Below, piece by piece: positions 49,382 to 59,358 of a stretch of DNA of 64,000 nt. Under the pieces are notes generated by a model that had not been told where the DNA came from, did no database searches, and saw nothing but the letters and a program-made list of their open reading frames with translations. Each line of letters opens with the position of its first letter. Position 1 is the stretch's first letter. The translations under genes were made by a program, and so were the position numbers. Origin of the DNA: an uncultured Gammaproteobacteria bacterium (lineage in GTDB: Bacteria > Patescibacteriota > Microgenomatia > CAYXHB01 > CAZYTL01); contig CAZYTL010000003.1 of the NCBI GenBank assembly GCA_964650355.1, positions 1,750-65,749 on the forward strand, given 5' to 3'.

Positions 49382-50299
49382 TTACACTAATTTCATCTGC
49401 TCCCCTCCGGCTTGCTCCTCCAATCCTAGTTGCTTCACCAAGCTCTGAAACCCATATTCTTCTAACACCCTGGCCAGCCGTCCCGGCTGCTTCACCACCG
49501 CCGCGCACTCGTCCAAGTCAAACTCCACTTCCACATCCTTACGAATCTTAGCCAAGTCCCGCGACAACTCCCCCGCCTCTTTCCCTTCTTTAAGTTTTTT
49601 CTTAATAGCATCAGAATCAACCTCATCCACTTGGTCATAAACCTTCTCAAAACTTCCAAATCGACTCAACAACCCCACCGCCGTCTTCGGCCCGATGCCT
49701 TTCACCCCCGGATAATTATCACTCGGATCTCCAACCAACCCTTTATAATCCACCACCTGATCCGGCCTCACTCCCAACTTTTCCTTTACCTCCTCAGACC
49801 CAATCAATTGCGCTTCCGTCACCCCCTTCACCGGCAAATACAACTTCACCTTCTCATTCACCAACTGCATCAAATCCTTATCCCCGGTGAGTATCACAAC
49901 CTCTTGATTCCCATCAACCGATCGCGCAGCTATCGTGCCGATCACATCATCCGCTTCAAACCCCGCTTTCTCATAAACCGGCACCTCCATCGCTTCCAAA
50001 ATCTCCTTTGCCCGGTCAAATTGATCCCCCAACTCCTCGTCCATCTCCGGCCGGTGCGCCTGATAACCAATAAACATCTCCTTCCGAAAAGTGGGTTCCT
50101 TCCTATCAAATGCCACCGCCACATGCGTCGGCTGCAAATCCTTCATCGCCCTCAGCAACATCCTCACCAACCCGTACACCGCCCCAGTCGGTCTCCCCTG
50201 CCGATCCGTCAACCCCGGCATCGCATGATAAGCTCGATGCAGCAACGCAGACCCATCCACCAACAACAAGCGCTTCTTCTCTCCGTTCATCTTCCTCAT
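49382..50299 (-). CDS. Stand-alone 5'-3' exonuclease (Pol I N-terminal/FEN-like domain)
   Basis: LLLVDGSALLHRAYHA, GDKDLMQL and H3TH region. 305 aa with no polymerase domain. Confidence 0.85.
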   Translation of the reverse strand: MRKMNGEKKRLLLVDGSALLHRAYHAMPGLTDRQGRPTGAVYGLVRMLLRAMKDLQPTHVAVAFDRKEPTFRKEMFIGYQAHRPEMDEELGDQFDRAKEILEAMEVPVYEKAGFEADDVIGTIAARSVDGNQEVVILTGDKDLMQLVNEKVKLYLPVKGVTEAQLIGSEEVKEKLGVRPDQVVDYKGLVGDPSDNYPGVKGIGPKTAVGLLSRFGSFEKVYDQVDEVDSDAIKKKLKEGKEAGELSRDLAKIRKDVEVEFDLDECAAVVKQPGRLARVLEEYGFQSLVKQLGLEEQAGGEQMKLV

Positions 50300-50340
50300 A
50301 TTAACACAACCGATTAATTTAAATATAAACTTACACCAGA

Positions 50341-51663
50341 TCAGCCATCTCCCATCTCTACTCCCAAAAGGTAACTTTGCTCTATTTGCCCAGGACCACT
50401 CATATCGCCTTTTAGCCTTTTCACTACTTGTCTTGCTCTACTCCTATCCGCTTCCCTCCTTTGCGTTTCCATTTTTCGCACTTCCTTGACATGTCTATCC
50501 AAAAACGTCCATAGTGCTATCATCTCACCCATTTCTCTTTCTTTCGATGAGTCTTCGGCCTCACCACCATTAACTCCATCGCTTCCTTCCCCATCACTTT
50601 CCCTTATATTTAAACCAGCTAAAAGAGACTCTTTATTCACAGGATTACCATCCCACCCTGCCATTATTAATCTGTCTTCAATAGCAACCTGCCAAGACCG
50701 CCAGAAATTAGCATCCAGTCCCATTCGATGAATCACATTGTTTTGAGAACCTCTTAAGTACACCATCATCAACATCGCAGGAAACAAATTAACATTGTAA
50801 TCCCCATCCGGCTGATAACAATTTTCCGCATACAACTTGGGATGAACCTCCACCATACCAAGTCCCAATCTCCTTTGGAATTCCCTCCTATGTGGTAAGC
50901 GTACAGATCCCAACTTCCTACCTCCTGAAGTAAATTCAGCTCCAAACACAGTTTTAACTTCAACTACCCCATAAGGTAAATTCCTCTCCAATATCTCTCC
51001 CATGGAATTCCCGCTCATCGCATCTGATGGCGTATCACCCAACACCACCGCGTCAAATTGAGCCACTGTACCATGGCCATTTACCCACAGCACATTAGGA
51101 ATTAATCTTCCATCATTAAATCGCAAACTGGGATTAAGCAACTCTCTCGCAAGCACCATTGCTCCCTCACCTAAATATCGAATACTAGCCGGTATCATCT
51201 CCCGTGTTCGGTATCCTAGTCTTGATGCCGCTTCAGAGAACAACTTACTCCCTGTTAATCTGTCGACCTCTGAAAAGACCATCAGTAACGAATTATCTTC
51301 ACACCTTACGTCTTCAATCCATCCACCTTCCGGATTTAACACCTCCCTCCACACACTTGCCTGACCCCAATGAGGCATTGTATGCTGTCTCACCCTAGCC
51401 AATCCGTCATAAGTGTCTCTATATGCTAACCGCAACTGTTCTAAATCCACGGAATCTACTTTTAGCTCCCCACCCCAAATCGGCATCACCATTTGCTCCG
51501 CTAACCGACCTAATCTTGTTGTCAATCCTCTCCCCTCCTCTAGATCTTTCTTTCTTCTTTCGTCCCACTCTTCAGGCCTTTTGTCAGGCGTATCTCCTGG
51601 GGGTTCGGCCAAATGTCCTCCCCTCGGCCTTCCGCGATCCAAACTTTCTACCATCAACCCCAT
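50341..51663 (-). CDS. Hypothetical protein with candidate PD-(D/E)xK motif
   Basis: VVLGDTPSD...(21 aa)...VVEVKTV fits the hhD...ExK nuclease-fold pattern. Otherwise no recognisable family. Confidence 0.4.
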   Translation of the reverse strand: MGLMVESLDRGRPRGGHLAEPPGDTPDKRPEEWDERRKKDLEEGRGLTTRLGRLAEQMVMPIWGGELKVDSVDLEQLRLAYRDTYDGLARVRQHTMPHWGQASVWREVLNPEGGWIEDVRCEDNSLLMVFSEVDRLTGSKLFSEAASRLGYRTREMIPASIRYLGEGAMVLARELLNPSLRFNDGRLIPNVLWVNGHGTVAQFDAVVLGDTPSDAMSGNSMGEILERNLPYGVVEVKTVFGAEFTSGGRKLGSVRLPHRREFQRRLGLGMVEVHPKLYAENCYQPDGDYNVNLFPAMLMMVYLRGSQNNVIHRMGLDANFWRSWQVAIEDRLIMAGWDGNPVNKESLLAGLNIRESDGEGSDGVNGGEAEDSSKEREMGEMIALWTFLDRHVKEVRKMETQRREADRSRARQVVKRLKGDMSGPGQIEQSYLLGVEMGDG

Positions 51664-51693
51664 AATACTACAAAAGACAAGCCGTCTTACTCA

Positions 51694-52338
51694 CTAATAC
51701 TTCCATTCAACCACCTTTGCCGCACCCAAATATCTGGGAATACTCACCCCGGCAGCAATCTCAGAATTCAACGGAGGTTCTTTTCCACCATCTATCCTCC
51801 CCCTTTCTTGTTCGTTAACAAATACAGACATTCCCTCAAACCTGGGATCATCCACCCCACATTCCCTTCCCATTCGCCACCACTCTTTCTCCCTCGTCGC
51901 ATAAAACGCTTCTAACCTACCCGCCACCTCAAATAGCCTGGGATCCAGCGCTTCAGGCAAAATCACTAATCTAGCTTCCTCTAACCAATACCGACCATCC
52001 CTCTGCTGCAAATGCTCAAACATGCTTTCCTCTATTATTTCAATCCCCCTCGGTCGACCTCTTCCTCTATTCCACCGCCTCTCTTTTAATCCAATCACAT
52101 ATTTATAATGTGCATCCATAGGTCTACCGTCATCGTAACCAAACTCCGTTTGCCGAGCTTCCACCCAGAGTAATCTCGGGTCGTCATAAACCTTCTTTGA
52201 AAAAGGATGCCGATACTTCAAATTTCCATAACCAAATTCTGTCAGATTATATCCAGCCGCATCTTCGACAAATTCATACTCGAATCGAGTCAAACCCGAA
52301 CCCCAATCACAAATCGTCAACCTTAACACATCTCCCAC
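51694..52338 (-). CDS. Hypothetical protein
   Basis: 214 aa, W/R/Y-rich. Weak YRHPF motif shared with the 54883..55620 product. Confidence 0.45.
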   Translation of the reverse strand: MGDVLRLTICDWGSGLTRFEYEFVEDAAGYNLTEFGYGNLKYRHPFSKKVYDDPRLLWVEARQTEFGYDDGRPMDAHYKYVIGLKERRWNRGRGRPRGIEIIEESMFEHLQQRDGRYWLEEARLVILPEALDPRLFEVAGRLEAFYATREKEWWRMGRECGVDDPRFEGMSVFVNEQERGRIDGGKEPPLNSEIAAGVSIPRYLGAAKVVEWKY

Positions 52339-52521
52339 ACATCCATCATCATATGGATTAGCGTCACCATCAGCAACTTCATTCCCCTCACATCTGCCAA
52401 ATCCGGAGGCTTAATTATCCTATCCGTCCAACTATCAAACCACCGATTCCAAGTCGCAATCTCAAATGGCTGATAGCTATCTTCCTCTATCACATTCCTA
52501 ACCACATCATACCATAATCAG

Positions 52522-53967
52522 CTAAATCCCCAACCGCGTGCGCAAACCTCTCCTCCACTCCTCTTCAATATCTTCAGGCACGTGCTGAGGTGCGAAACTT
52601 GCCAGACCTTCTTTTAATCTTCTCTCCCAATCCTCACCACCTCTAGCATGCTTATCTACCACCCCCATATACTTATACGGTTCCTGCGACAGAGTCCATA
52701 CCAAAACGTTCTCAAATCTACCAGCATCTTCACCAGGTAATGGTCCGTCTCTTAAATACTTATCAGGGTCTACGGTTCGCCTGGCATACTCTGCTAATGA
52801 TACGGCCAGAGGACCTATCCAGTTAACTTCAACTTCTGTATATCCTATATCTTTCCGCCCCAACAAAACTGCCGACAACAATCTCGGAGAAATAGCCTTG
52901 TTATTCGGCAACATACATACCCAAGACGCAACCCGATGGTGAGCATTTCTTTCCCCTATCAAACTAGATTGCCTCCTCACCGATCGATCAACAATCCCCA
53001 CTACCTGATCACTATACAGGTTAACGCCAGATACCTCCAACCCTGCTTCAAACACTCTCTTAATTTGTTCCACCGCCGGTAACTCCCTCCGTGGCCAGTA
53101 CAAAGTATTATTAATCGCCGTCAAAGTCACATCTTTAAAATCCAGTAATCCGGTAGTTGAACCATAAACCGGTAAATTTCTTGACCACAAACTCGCTGGT
53201 ATTTCTAAACTTAAGTTGTGCTTGATGACGTCGACCACTTCCTTTAAAAACCGCCTGCAATCTTCCTCGTCGCTATCCCGGATTTGCTCATAATCAACAG
53301 CTCTACACACCGCTGGCCATCCCTCCACCTCATGCGGAACAAACCCCTTCCCAATTTCTCTTCTCACCACTTGCCACCCATGCCCATCTTCGTGAGATAA
53401 AGTAGCTCGCTCACTCCCGTCTCTTCTGATAATATAAATTGGACCAGTAAATAAATGCCCCAAATTTTGTGCTAACCAACCTTTTACCCGCCATACATTA
53501 CCCTCTTCGCCTTCTCCATCACCCCCACCATGAAACATCTGTTTCAACTTCTCAAACTCGTCCCCTGGTGCCATTATCGCCATTGAGAACAACCCCCAAC
53601 CCACTGTTATTTCCTTTCTCTTTACCCTATTTCCGATCCTTAATCCATTAATTTCTTCCACTAATTCATTCCTATACCCCCTTGGATCTTTAGCATACTC
53701 TCCCTGAACAATTGCCCTCCTTTCCATGGCTCGATAAGTATGAATCATTTGCGCCAATAACTCAGTCCGCCATGCCTCGCTCAATTCCATTACCTCAGTG
53801 GATTGTCTTAACCGAGCCCCTAAATCAACCACATCAGGAATCCAAGGCGGTTTTCTCATCGCTCTCAGACACATCTTCCTCCCCTCCAAAATCATATCTC
53901 CTCCCACATGCAAAGCTCTAAACGTCTCCGACATCACGAACGGGTCTTCTTCTTTCATTTTCCCCAT
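52522..53967 (-). CDS. Hypothetical protein (contains SHEDGHGW, a possible HExxH-like metal site)
   Basis: 481 aa. No firm family assignment. Confidence 0.45.
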   Translation of the reverse strand: MGKMKEEDPFVMSETFRALHVGGDMILEGRKMCLRAMRKPPWIPDVVDLGARLRQSTEVMELSEAWRTELLAQMIHTYRAMERRAIVQGEYAKDPRGYRNELVEEINGLRIGNRVKRKEITVGWGLFSMAIMAPGDEFEKLKQMFHGGGDGEGEEGNVWRVKGWLAQNLGHLFTGPIYIIRRDGSERATLSHEDGHGWQVVRREIGKGFVPHEVEGWPAVCRAVDYEQIRDSDEEDCRRFLKEVVDVIKHNLSLEIPASLWSRNLPVYGSTTGLLDFKDVTLTAINNTLYWPRRELPAVEQIKRVFEAGLEVSGVNLYSDQVVGIVDRSVRRQSSLIGERNAHHRVASWVCMLPNNKAISPRLLSAVLLGRKDIGYTEVEVNWIGPLAVSLAEYARRTVDPDKYLRDGPLPGEDAGRFENVLVWTLSQEPYKYMGVVDKHARGGEDWERRLKEGLASFAPQHVPEDIEEEWRRGLRTRLGI

Positions 53968-54052
53968 TCTATCATCTATTCAAACCTTAAACTCCTCAAA
54001 TTCCCCACCTCTCCATTCCCTAAACTTCCGCCAAGCCTTAAAATAGGGATAA

Positions 54053-54877
54053 ATGAAAACCGCAGAACAACCTTATTTAGCTCATCTACATCCCGATATC
54101 GGATTACCTGCCATCGACGTCATTAGGAAAATCATTGACCGCAATCCAACAATCGAATATCTACATTTCCAAGCAGTCCGACTTCCCCTCGCCGGCCGCG
54201 CAGCTAAAAAAACCGAGGATGATCTAGATCCCCACAGCGAAGACTATGAGCACCCCAGAGACGATTACTTATTATCTAGAACACAAATCTCACGTCCAGA
54301 GTACGGATTAGAGCGCCTAATCATCATCAACTGCCTTTACGATCCCCTCCGAGATCTCCCTAAATTGTTCTCCCATTATCGTATGAGGAAACTGCTTCCT
54401 TATGTATGGGGAGACAACGATGACTCGAGCCCTGTCAATCCAGCTGCTTTTGTCACTATCAACTCCAATGTCATACTAACCAATCAACAAACTCGTCACA
54501 TTCCCATGATGGATTTTCGTTGTCCGGTTAACGAAGAAAACCAAGAACTAGTTGCCGAAACACTCCATTCTCAGGCACAAAGGGGCTGGATCCTTGATTC
54601 AGGTGGGTCCTACCATTATTTGGGATATGATCTGTTTACCCCTGAACAATGGTCTCATTTCTTAGCATCAAATAAAGATCACCCTCTCGTCGATCGCCAT
54701 TTTGTAACCATCTCAGAAAAGTATCACCGAGGTAGCCTTAGATTCACTCCTCGCAAAGAGTGTAAGTTCTGGCGTGCTACCCAAGATCCCGTCCGTGAAG
54801 TATTCGTTGATAGATATAGACCCATCAAACGCATCCTTGCTGCCAGACCCGCACCCCGTGTCGTCGCAGTTATCTAA
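54053..54877 (+). CDS. Hypothetical protein
   Basis: 274 aa, divergent from the upstream minus-strand operon. Confidence 0.45.
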   Translation: MKTAEQPYLAHLHPDIGLPAIDVIRKIIDRNPTIEYLHFQAVRLPLAGRAAKKTEDDLDPHSEDYEHPRDDYLLSRTQISRPEYGLERLIIINCLYDPLRDLPKLFSHYRMRKLLPYVWGDNDDSSPVNPAAFVTINSNVILTNQQTRHIPMMDFRCPVNEENQELVAETLHSQAQRGWILDSGGSYHYLGYDLFTPEQWSHFLASNKDHPLVDRHFVTISEKYHRGSLRFTPRKECKFWRATQDPVREVFVDRYRPIKRILAARPAPRVVAVI

Positions 54878-54882
54878 CCCAC

Positions 54883-55620
54883 CTAAAATCTTATCCTCTC
54901 AGGCGGTCCTAAATTCTCAGGTATTCGTATCTGCGTATGTTGCCCTAACCTATCAATTACCCAACCCCCTTTTGCTTCCCTCCCCCCCAACTTAATCACC
55001 ATATCTTCCTCTACCGTCACTAGCGCTCGTCTCATTTCATCGACCGGGTAAAAAGTATCCGTTGACCAATCATAACCACATGCATAGTAATCAACACGTA
55101 AAGGTCCTAACCAAATATGTCTCTCTCCTCCTGCCCAACTATCTCCTGCCTTCAAATTAAACACAGTATTGCTAATAAGGCATCCAAATTCTCGAGGAAC
55201 TTCTTTTCCCTCCCATCGTTCCAACTGACCCATTACCCGCACTACTCCGTTCTGTAACCATCGCTTAGGTGTTTTATGCCATCGCCTGCCTTCTCGGACT
55301 ACCACGGGAAAAGTAGTATCCTGCAAAAATGGATGTCGAAATTCATCATTCCGATAATCGTAAGTAGTCTTCCCTACTAATACCATCTTCCCCGGCCAAT
55401 TCCTGGTCTTGCGATAATGATATTCGTATCTCGCATCAAGTAAACCTGTATCTCGCCCATAATATTTCAACCATGCAATTACATAACCTAATTCATCTCC
55501 ATTATCACGACCATCTAACCATATAAATCTATCCCTCGACTCCTCAGGTAAATCATCGGTAAACGGTACAGAAGTTGCATCTTCCCAAGCTTTCGGAGTA
55601 AATATCTCTCCCGGGGACAT
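54883..55620 (-). CDS. Hypothetical protein
   Basis: 245 aa. FRHPF and W/Y/R-rich segments loosely resemble the 51694 product. Confidence 0.45.
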   Translation of the reverse strand: MSPGEIFTPKAWEDATSVPFTDDLPEESRDRFIWLDGRDNGDELGYVIAWLKYYGRDTGLLDARYEYHYRKTRNWPGKMVLVGKTTYDYRNDEFRHPFLQDTTFPVVVREGRRWHKTPKRWLQNGVVRVMGQLERWEGKEVPREFGCLISNTVFNLKAGDSWAGGERHIWLGPLRVDYYACGYDWSTDTFYPVDEMRRALVTVEEDMVIKLGGREAKGGWVIDRLGQHTQIRIPENLGPPERIRF

Positions 55621-55741
55621 ATCTGCATTATAACACCATCTCTACCCTTCCGCCTTATATTTCGGCCTTTTTCCCCCACCAGCTTCTCCACCTCCACCAA
55701 CATTTTGACATTCGTCTCCGTTTAAATAAAATAAGGCTAGT

Positions 55742-56635
55742 GTGAAAACATCGCCTTTTGAAATTCAACCACTAACTCGACAACTCATCCAAGACATAGG
55801 AGCCGATCGACCACCTAGCATCTTTTATAGATTAATCAATTATAAAATTAGTTCTCCAAACCTCAGGCCACATCTTCCCCAACTGGGTCACAGACTTCTT
55901 CCTTACACTGCTAACACCGTAGTAGCAGACTTCATAGGTACTCCAGACGCAGGTAAATCTACCACGATTAAAGAACTCGTACCTCTAGTTTCTCCTTTCT
56001 TTGACCAGGTTGTATCTATCCCGGCATTCTCTGCCCTTAGTCCGGATCGTTTATCACCTGTAAGAAAAAGTGATCTTGATCGTCTTGCCCCATTTCACAA
56101 AGAAAGAGCTTTAATCAGAGCTAAACTACTCACATTTGAGAACCTCGTTTTAACAAACGGAATTCTAACTCAACTATTAGATGATCTGCAAAATCATCGC
56201 CATCCACCCAAGCGGCTGTATATCACTGAACGCGGACCAGCTGATGCCCTTCCCAACCTACACTGGGCTTTAGATCTCAACCCGAGATCAATTTCCTCTC
56301 CTCAAGACCGAAAACAAATTGTCACTGAACTTTTCGATTCAGCAATAGCTCTTACTGAAAAGGTTGATGTAATTGTAAATCTAACAACTGATTTAGCCAC
56401 GGCTCAAGCTCATCGAACACGAGCAGGTAAACCACGAGAAAGCGAACTCGTCAATCCTCATCGGTTTCCTGCCCAAGAAACAGCTTATGCTTTATTTATG
56501 ACCCACGGAATGCTCCCTCTCCTTAGAGAAACTAATGGGACAGGAACAGTTGTTCTCGATGGCAGATCTCCTCTAAAAGAAAACGTAGCCATCTTAAGGG
56601 ATTATTTTCAAAGAATTGCTACTCAAATGAGCTAA
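55742..56635 (+). CDS. P-loop NTPase/kinase-like hypothetical protein
   Basis: Walker A FIGTPDAGKSTTIKEL. Candidate Walker B VVLDG. Confidence 0.5.
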   Translation: MKTSPFEIQPLTRQLIQDIGADRPPSIFYRLINYKISSPNLRPHLPQLGHRLLPYTANTVVADFIGTPDAGKSTTIKELVPLVSPFFDQVVSIPAFSALSPDRLSPVRKSDLDRLAPFHKERALIRAKLLTFENLVLTNGILTQLLDDLQNHRHPPKRLYITERGPADALPNLHWALDLNPRSISSPQDRKQIVTELFDSAIALTEKVDVIVNLTTDLATAQAHRTRAGKPRESELVNPHRFPAQETAYALFMTHGMLPLLRETNGTGTVVLDGRSPLKENVAILRDYFQRIATQMS

Positions 56636-56681
56636 ATCTATCTTAGATACCACCCAATCCCTTTACAGAAACCTCAGCAAC

Positions 56682-58670
56682 TCAACCATTCTCAGCCTCA
56701 TACTTCGGCCTTTCCTCATCCACCAGCTTCTCAAACTCGTCCCCCTCCAAATTCTCCACCTCCACCAACCTCTCCGCCACCTTATCCAAGGTACTCCTTT
56801 TCTCCTTCAGAATCTTCTCCGCCTTCTCATACGCCTCATCCAGAATCTTCTGAATCTCCCTGTCCACCCGCGCCTGCAAATCATCAGATAATTGCGGCTG
56901 GTCATACCAATTCACTTTCCCCAACTCCGTAATATCAATCTGCGGTCCCCAATACCCCGGCCCCAGAGAACTCATCCCGTACTTCACCACCATCGCCCTT
57001 GCCAGCCTGGTGGCTTTATCCAAATCACTGGCCGCCCCTCCTGTCAACTCATTAAACACCAATGACTCCGCCGCCCTGCCTCCCAACATCATCGCCAAAT
57101 TCTCCTTCATCCGCGATTCCGTCTCCTGATATCTGTCAGTTTCCGGCCTGGTCATCGTAAATCCTAAAGCCATCCCTCTAGACACAATACTCACCCTGTG
57201 CACCGGATCCAATTGCGGCATAAAATAATTCACCAGCGCATGCCCGGCTTCATGATAAGCCGTCATCTTCTTCTCCAAATCACTTTGCAACCGCCGCCTT
57301 TCCGGCCCCAACTTCGCCTTCAGCGCCCCCTCTTCCAAATCCTTCATTTCAATCACCTTCCGATTATCGCGGGCCGCCAAAATCGCTGCTTCGTTCAACA
57401 TATTCTCAATATCCGCTCCTGAAAATCCTACCGTCCTCCCCGCCACCTTATCCCAATCCACATCTTTGGTCACCGGCTTACCTCGGGCATGAATCTTCAA
57501 AATTGCCTTCCTTCCTTCTTTATCCGGGTAATCCAGCATCACCCGTCTGTCAAACCTTCCCGGTCGCAACAACGCCGGATCCAACATATCCGACCGATTC
57601 GTCGCCGCAATCACAATCACTGAGTCATTAGGCGTGAACCCATCCATCTCCACCAAAATCTGGTTCAAAGTCTGCTCTCTTTCATCATGTCCCCCGCTGG
57701 CCGCCCCCACCCCCCTTTGCCGACCAATCGCATCAATCTCATCAATGAAAATAATCGACGGCGCATTACTCTTTGCCGTAGCAAACAAATCCCTTACCCT
57801 GCTGGCTCCGATTCCTACCAACATCTCCATAAACTCGGACCCTGCCATCGAAAAGAACGGCACTCCGGCCTCTCCGGCTATCGCCTTCGCCAACAGCGTC
57901 TTTCCCACCCCAGATGGACCATACAACAATACCCCTTTGGGCGTCCGCGCCCCCACCTCTCTGTACTTCTTAGGATGCTTCAGAAAATCCACCAATTCCT
58001 CCACCTCTCTCTTCGCCTCATCCACCCCGGCCACGTCCGTAAACTTCACACTCTGCTTTCCTTTGGAAAACAGCTTCGCCCGACTCCTCCCAAAACTGAA
58101 AATGCTATCCTGCTGCCCCCTTGCCTGCTTGAACAAAAACAACAACAACAACCCCATGCCCACAATCGGCAACAGCGACAACAAAATCTCCGACCACACC
58201 TTTGACATACTCACATCTCTTACCTGAACCTGCACCGCATCCGGATTAATCCCCGCATCCTTAAAAATCTCATACAGCGACACATTAGCTTCCTTTCTGG
58301 CCACCTCTTCCTGCCCGTTATTCATCTGCAAATACAACTTATCTCCCTCTATTTGCACCTCTTTTACCTGCTTATTCTTAATCTCATTCAAAGCCTGAGA
58401 CAGACTAATCTCATTCCCATTCACCTGTGGTTGCACCAATTGCAACAACAAAGGCAACCCGAAAAACAAAATCACCAGCCAAATCAACAACGTCCGCATA
58501 TTAATCTTCACCTTCACCATCTTCATCTTCCGCGGACCCTTAGTTCCGAACGGCAACTTAATCGGCAACTGCTGCTTCTCCTTCCCATTCTTCCCCTGTC
58601 CGTTCTTCTCCTCGACCGGCTTCTCTCCTTCCTTTTCTTGCGGCTGATTATTCTTCTTCTCTTCTTCCAT
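56682..58670 (-). CDS. ftsH: ATP-dependent zinc metalloprotease FtsH
   Basis: N-terminal TMs, AAA Walker A GPSGVGKTLLAKAIAGEA, SRH region, protease HEAGHALV. Confidence 0.9.
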   Translation of the reverse strand: MEEEKKNNQPQEKEGEKPVEEKNGQGKNGKEKQQLPIKLPFGTKGPRKMKMVKVKINMRTLLIWLVILFFGLPLLLQLVQPQVNGNEISLSQALNEIKNKQVKEVQIEGDKLYLQMNNGQEEVARKEANVSLYEIFKDAGINPDAVQVQVRDVSMSKVWSEILLSLLPIVGMGLLLLFLFKQARGQQDSIFSFGRSRAKLFSKGKQSVKFTDVAGVDEAKREVEELVDFLKHPKKYREVGARTPKGVLLYGPSGVGKTLLAKAIAGEAGVPFFSMAGSEFMEMLVGIGASRVRDLFATAKSNAPSIIFIDEIDAIGRQRGVGAASGGHDEREQTLNQILVEMDGFTPNDSVIVIAATNRSDMLDPALLRPGRFDRRVMLDYPDKEGRKAILKIHARGKPVTKDVDWDKVAGRTVGFSGADIENMLNEAAILAARDNRKVIEMKDLEEGALKAKLGPERRRLQSDLEKKMTAYHEAGHALVNYFMPQLDPVHRVSIVSRGMALGFTMTRPETDRYQETESRMKENLAMMLGGRAAESLVFNELTGGAASDLDKATRLARAMVVKYGMSSLGPGYWGPQIDITELGKVNWYDQPQLSDDLQARVDREIQKILDEAYEKAEKILKEKRSTLDKVAERLVEVENLEGDEFEKLVDEERPKYEAENG

Positions 58671-58764
58671 ATAATATCAACATTCTACCATCAATTTAAT
58701 GAAAAATTGCTGTATCTACCATGAACACACATATAGCCCCTTCCGTATGGCTACGTCACCTTAC

Positions 58765-58810
58765 CATATACTACTAACACTTTAAACTACGAATTGCAGT
58801 TTATACCGCT
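58765..58810 (-). promoter_or_regulatory. Conserved 45-nt module about 95 nt upstream of ftsH (paralogous to the pilB upstream module)
   Basis: Gene-strand AGCGGTATAAACTGCAATTCGTAGTTTAAAGTGTTAGTAGTATATG. The embedded ATG opens only a 3-codon ORF here, whereas it is the start codon of pilB. Confidence 0.4.
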
Positions 58811-58964
58811 GAACTTAAATTGCAACTAAACTTTTTACCATAATCGCAATTTAAAGTTCCATCGATACAAAACCTCTCCACGATGAAATCGGTAAGCAGA
58901 CTAAATCATCACCAGTTGAACCTAGTATATCAAATAATTCCCCTATCCAACATCCCGATTCTTA

Positions 58965-59288
58965 TTAACTACCGTAAAATTCATTTGTGACCTGTTTTTT
59001 GGGGGCTATCCTGTCAAAACAATAAACCCCCGGTGCGATCCTTTCGACCTTAACCCGAAAGTCCCCCACCCTTAACCGAAAAACATCCCACTGAGTGTCT
59101 TTAACCTTATCCAGGTCAACCCTCATGCCTAAACCCAATCGCTGTGCTGCATCCAACACTCTCCGAACAATGTCTACTTGCCCATCACGACCTAATTTTT
59201 GTAAATCATCTATTATCGGAACCAAAGACACCATCTGCACCGGGGGATCAAATAGACCCGGGAACCGTTTTGATTCTGTTATTAACAC
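58965..59288 (-). CDS. RelE/ParE-family toxin-like protein (no cognate antitoxin ORF found)
   Basis: ...QWDVFRLRVGDFRVKVERIAPGVYCFDRIAPKKQV matches the RelE/ParE core (yrlRvGdyRviY...hRk). 70 bp downstream of trpS on the same strand. Confidence 0.45.
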   Translation of the reverse strand: MLITESKRFPGLFDPPVQMVSLVPIIDDLQKLGRDGQVDIVRRVLDAAQRLGLGMRVDLDKVKDTQWDVFRLRVGDFRVKVERIAPGVYCFDRIAPKKQVTNEFYGS

Positions 59289-59358
59289 CCTTAATTTTAA
59301 CTATAACAAATTCAGATTATAAAAGCCTTCCCAATGAATCAACTCTCCAATATCAATA

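Noticed and set aside
49631-50317. 228-aa + strand ORF opposite the 5'-3' exonuclease
   Set aside because: Antisense to a gene with clear FEN/exonuclease motifs. H/R/P/L low-complexity product.
52323-52505. 60-aa minus-strand ORF between two cluster genes
   Set aside because: Overlaps the 51694-52338 gene start by 16 nt. Too short to support without an RBS or conservation. Left as an unannotated possibility within the cluster.
57634-58227. + strand ORFs inside ftsH
   Set aside because: Antisense to ftsH.
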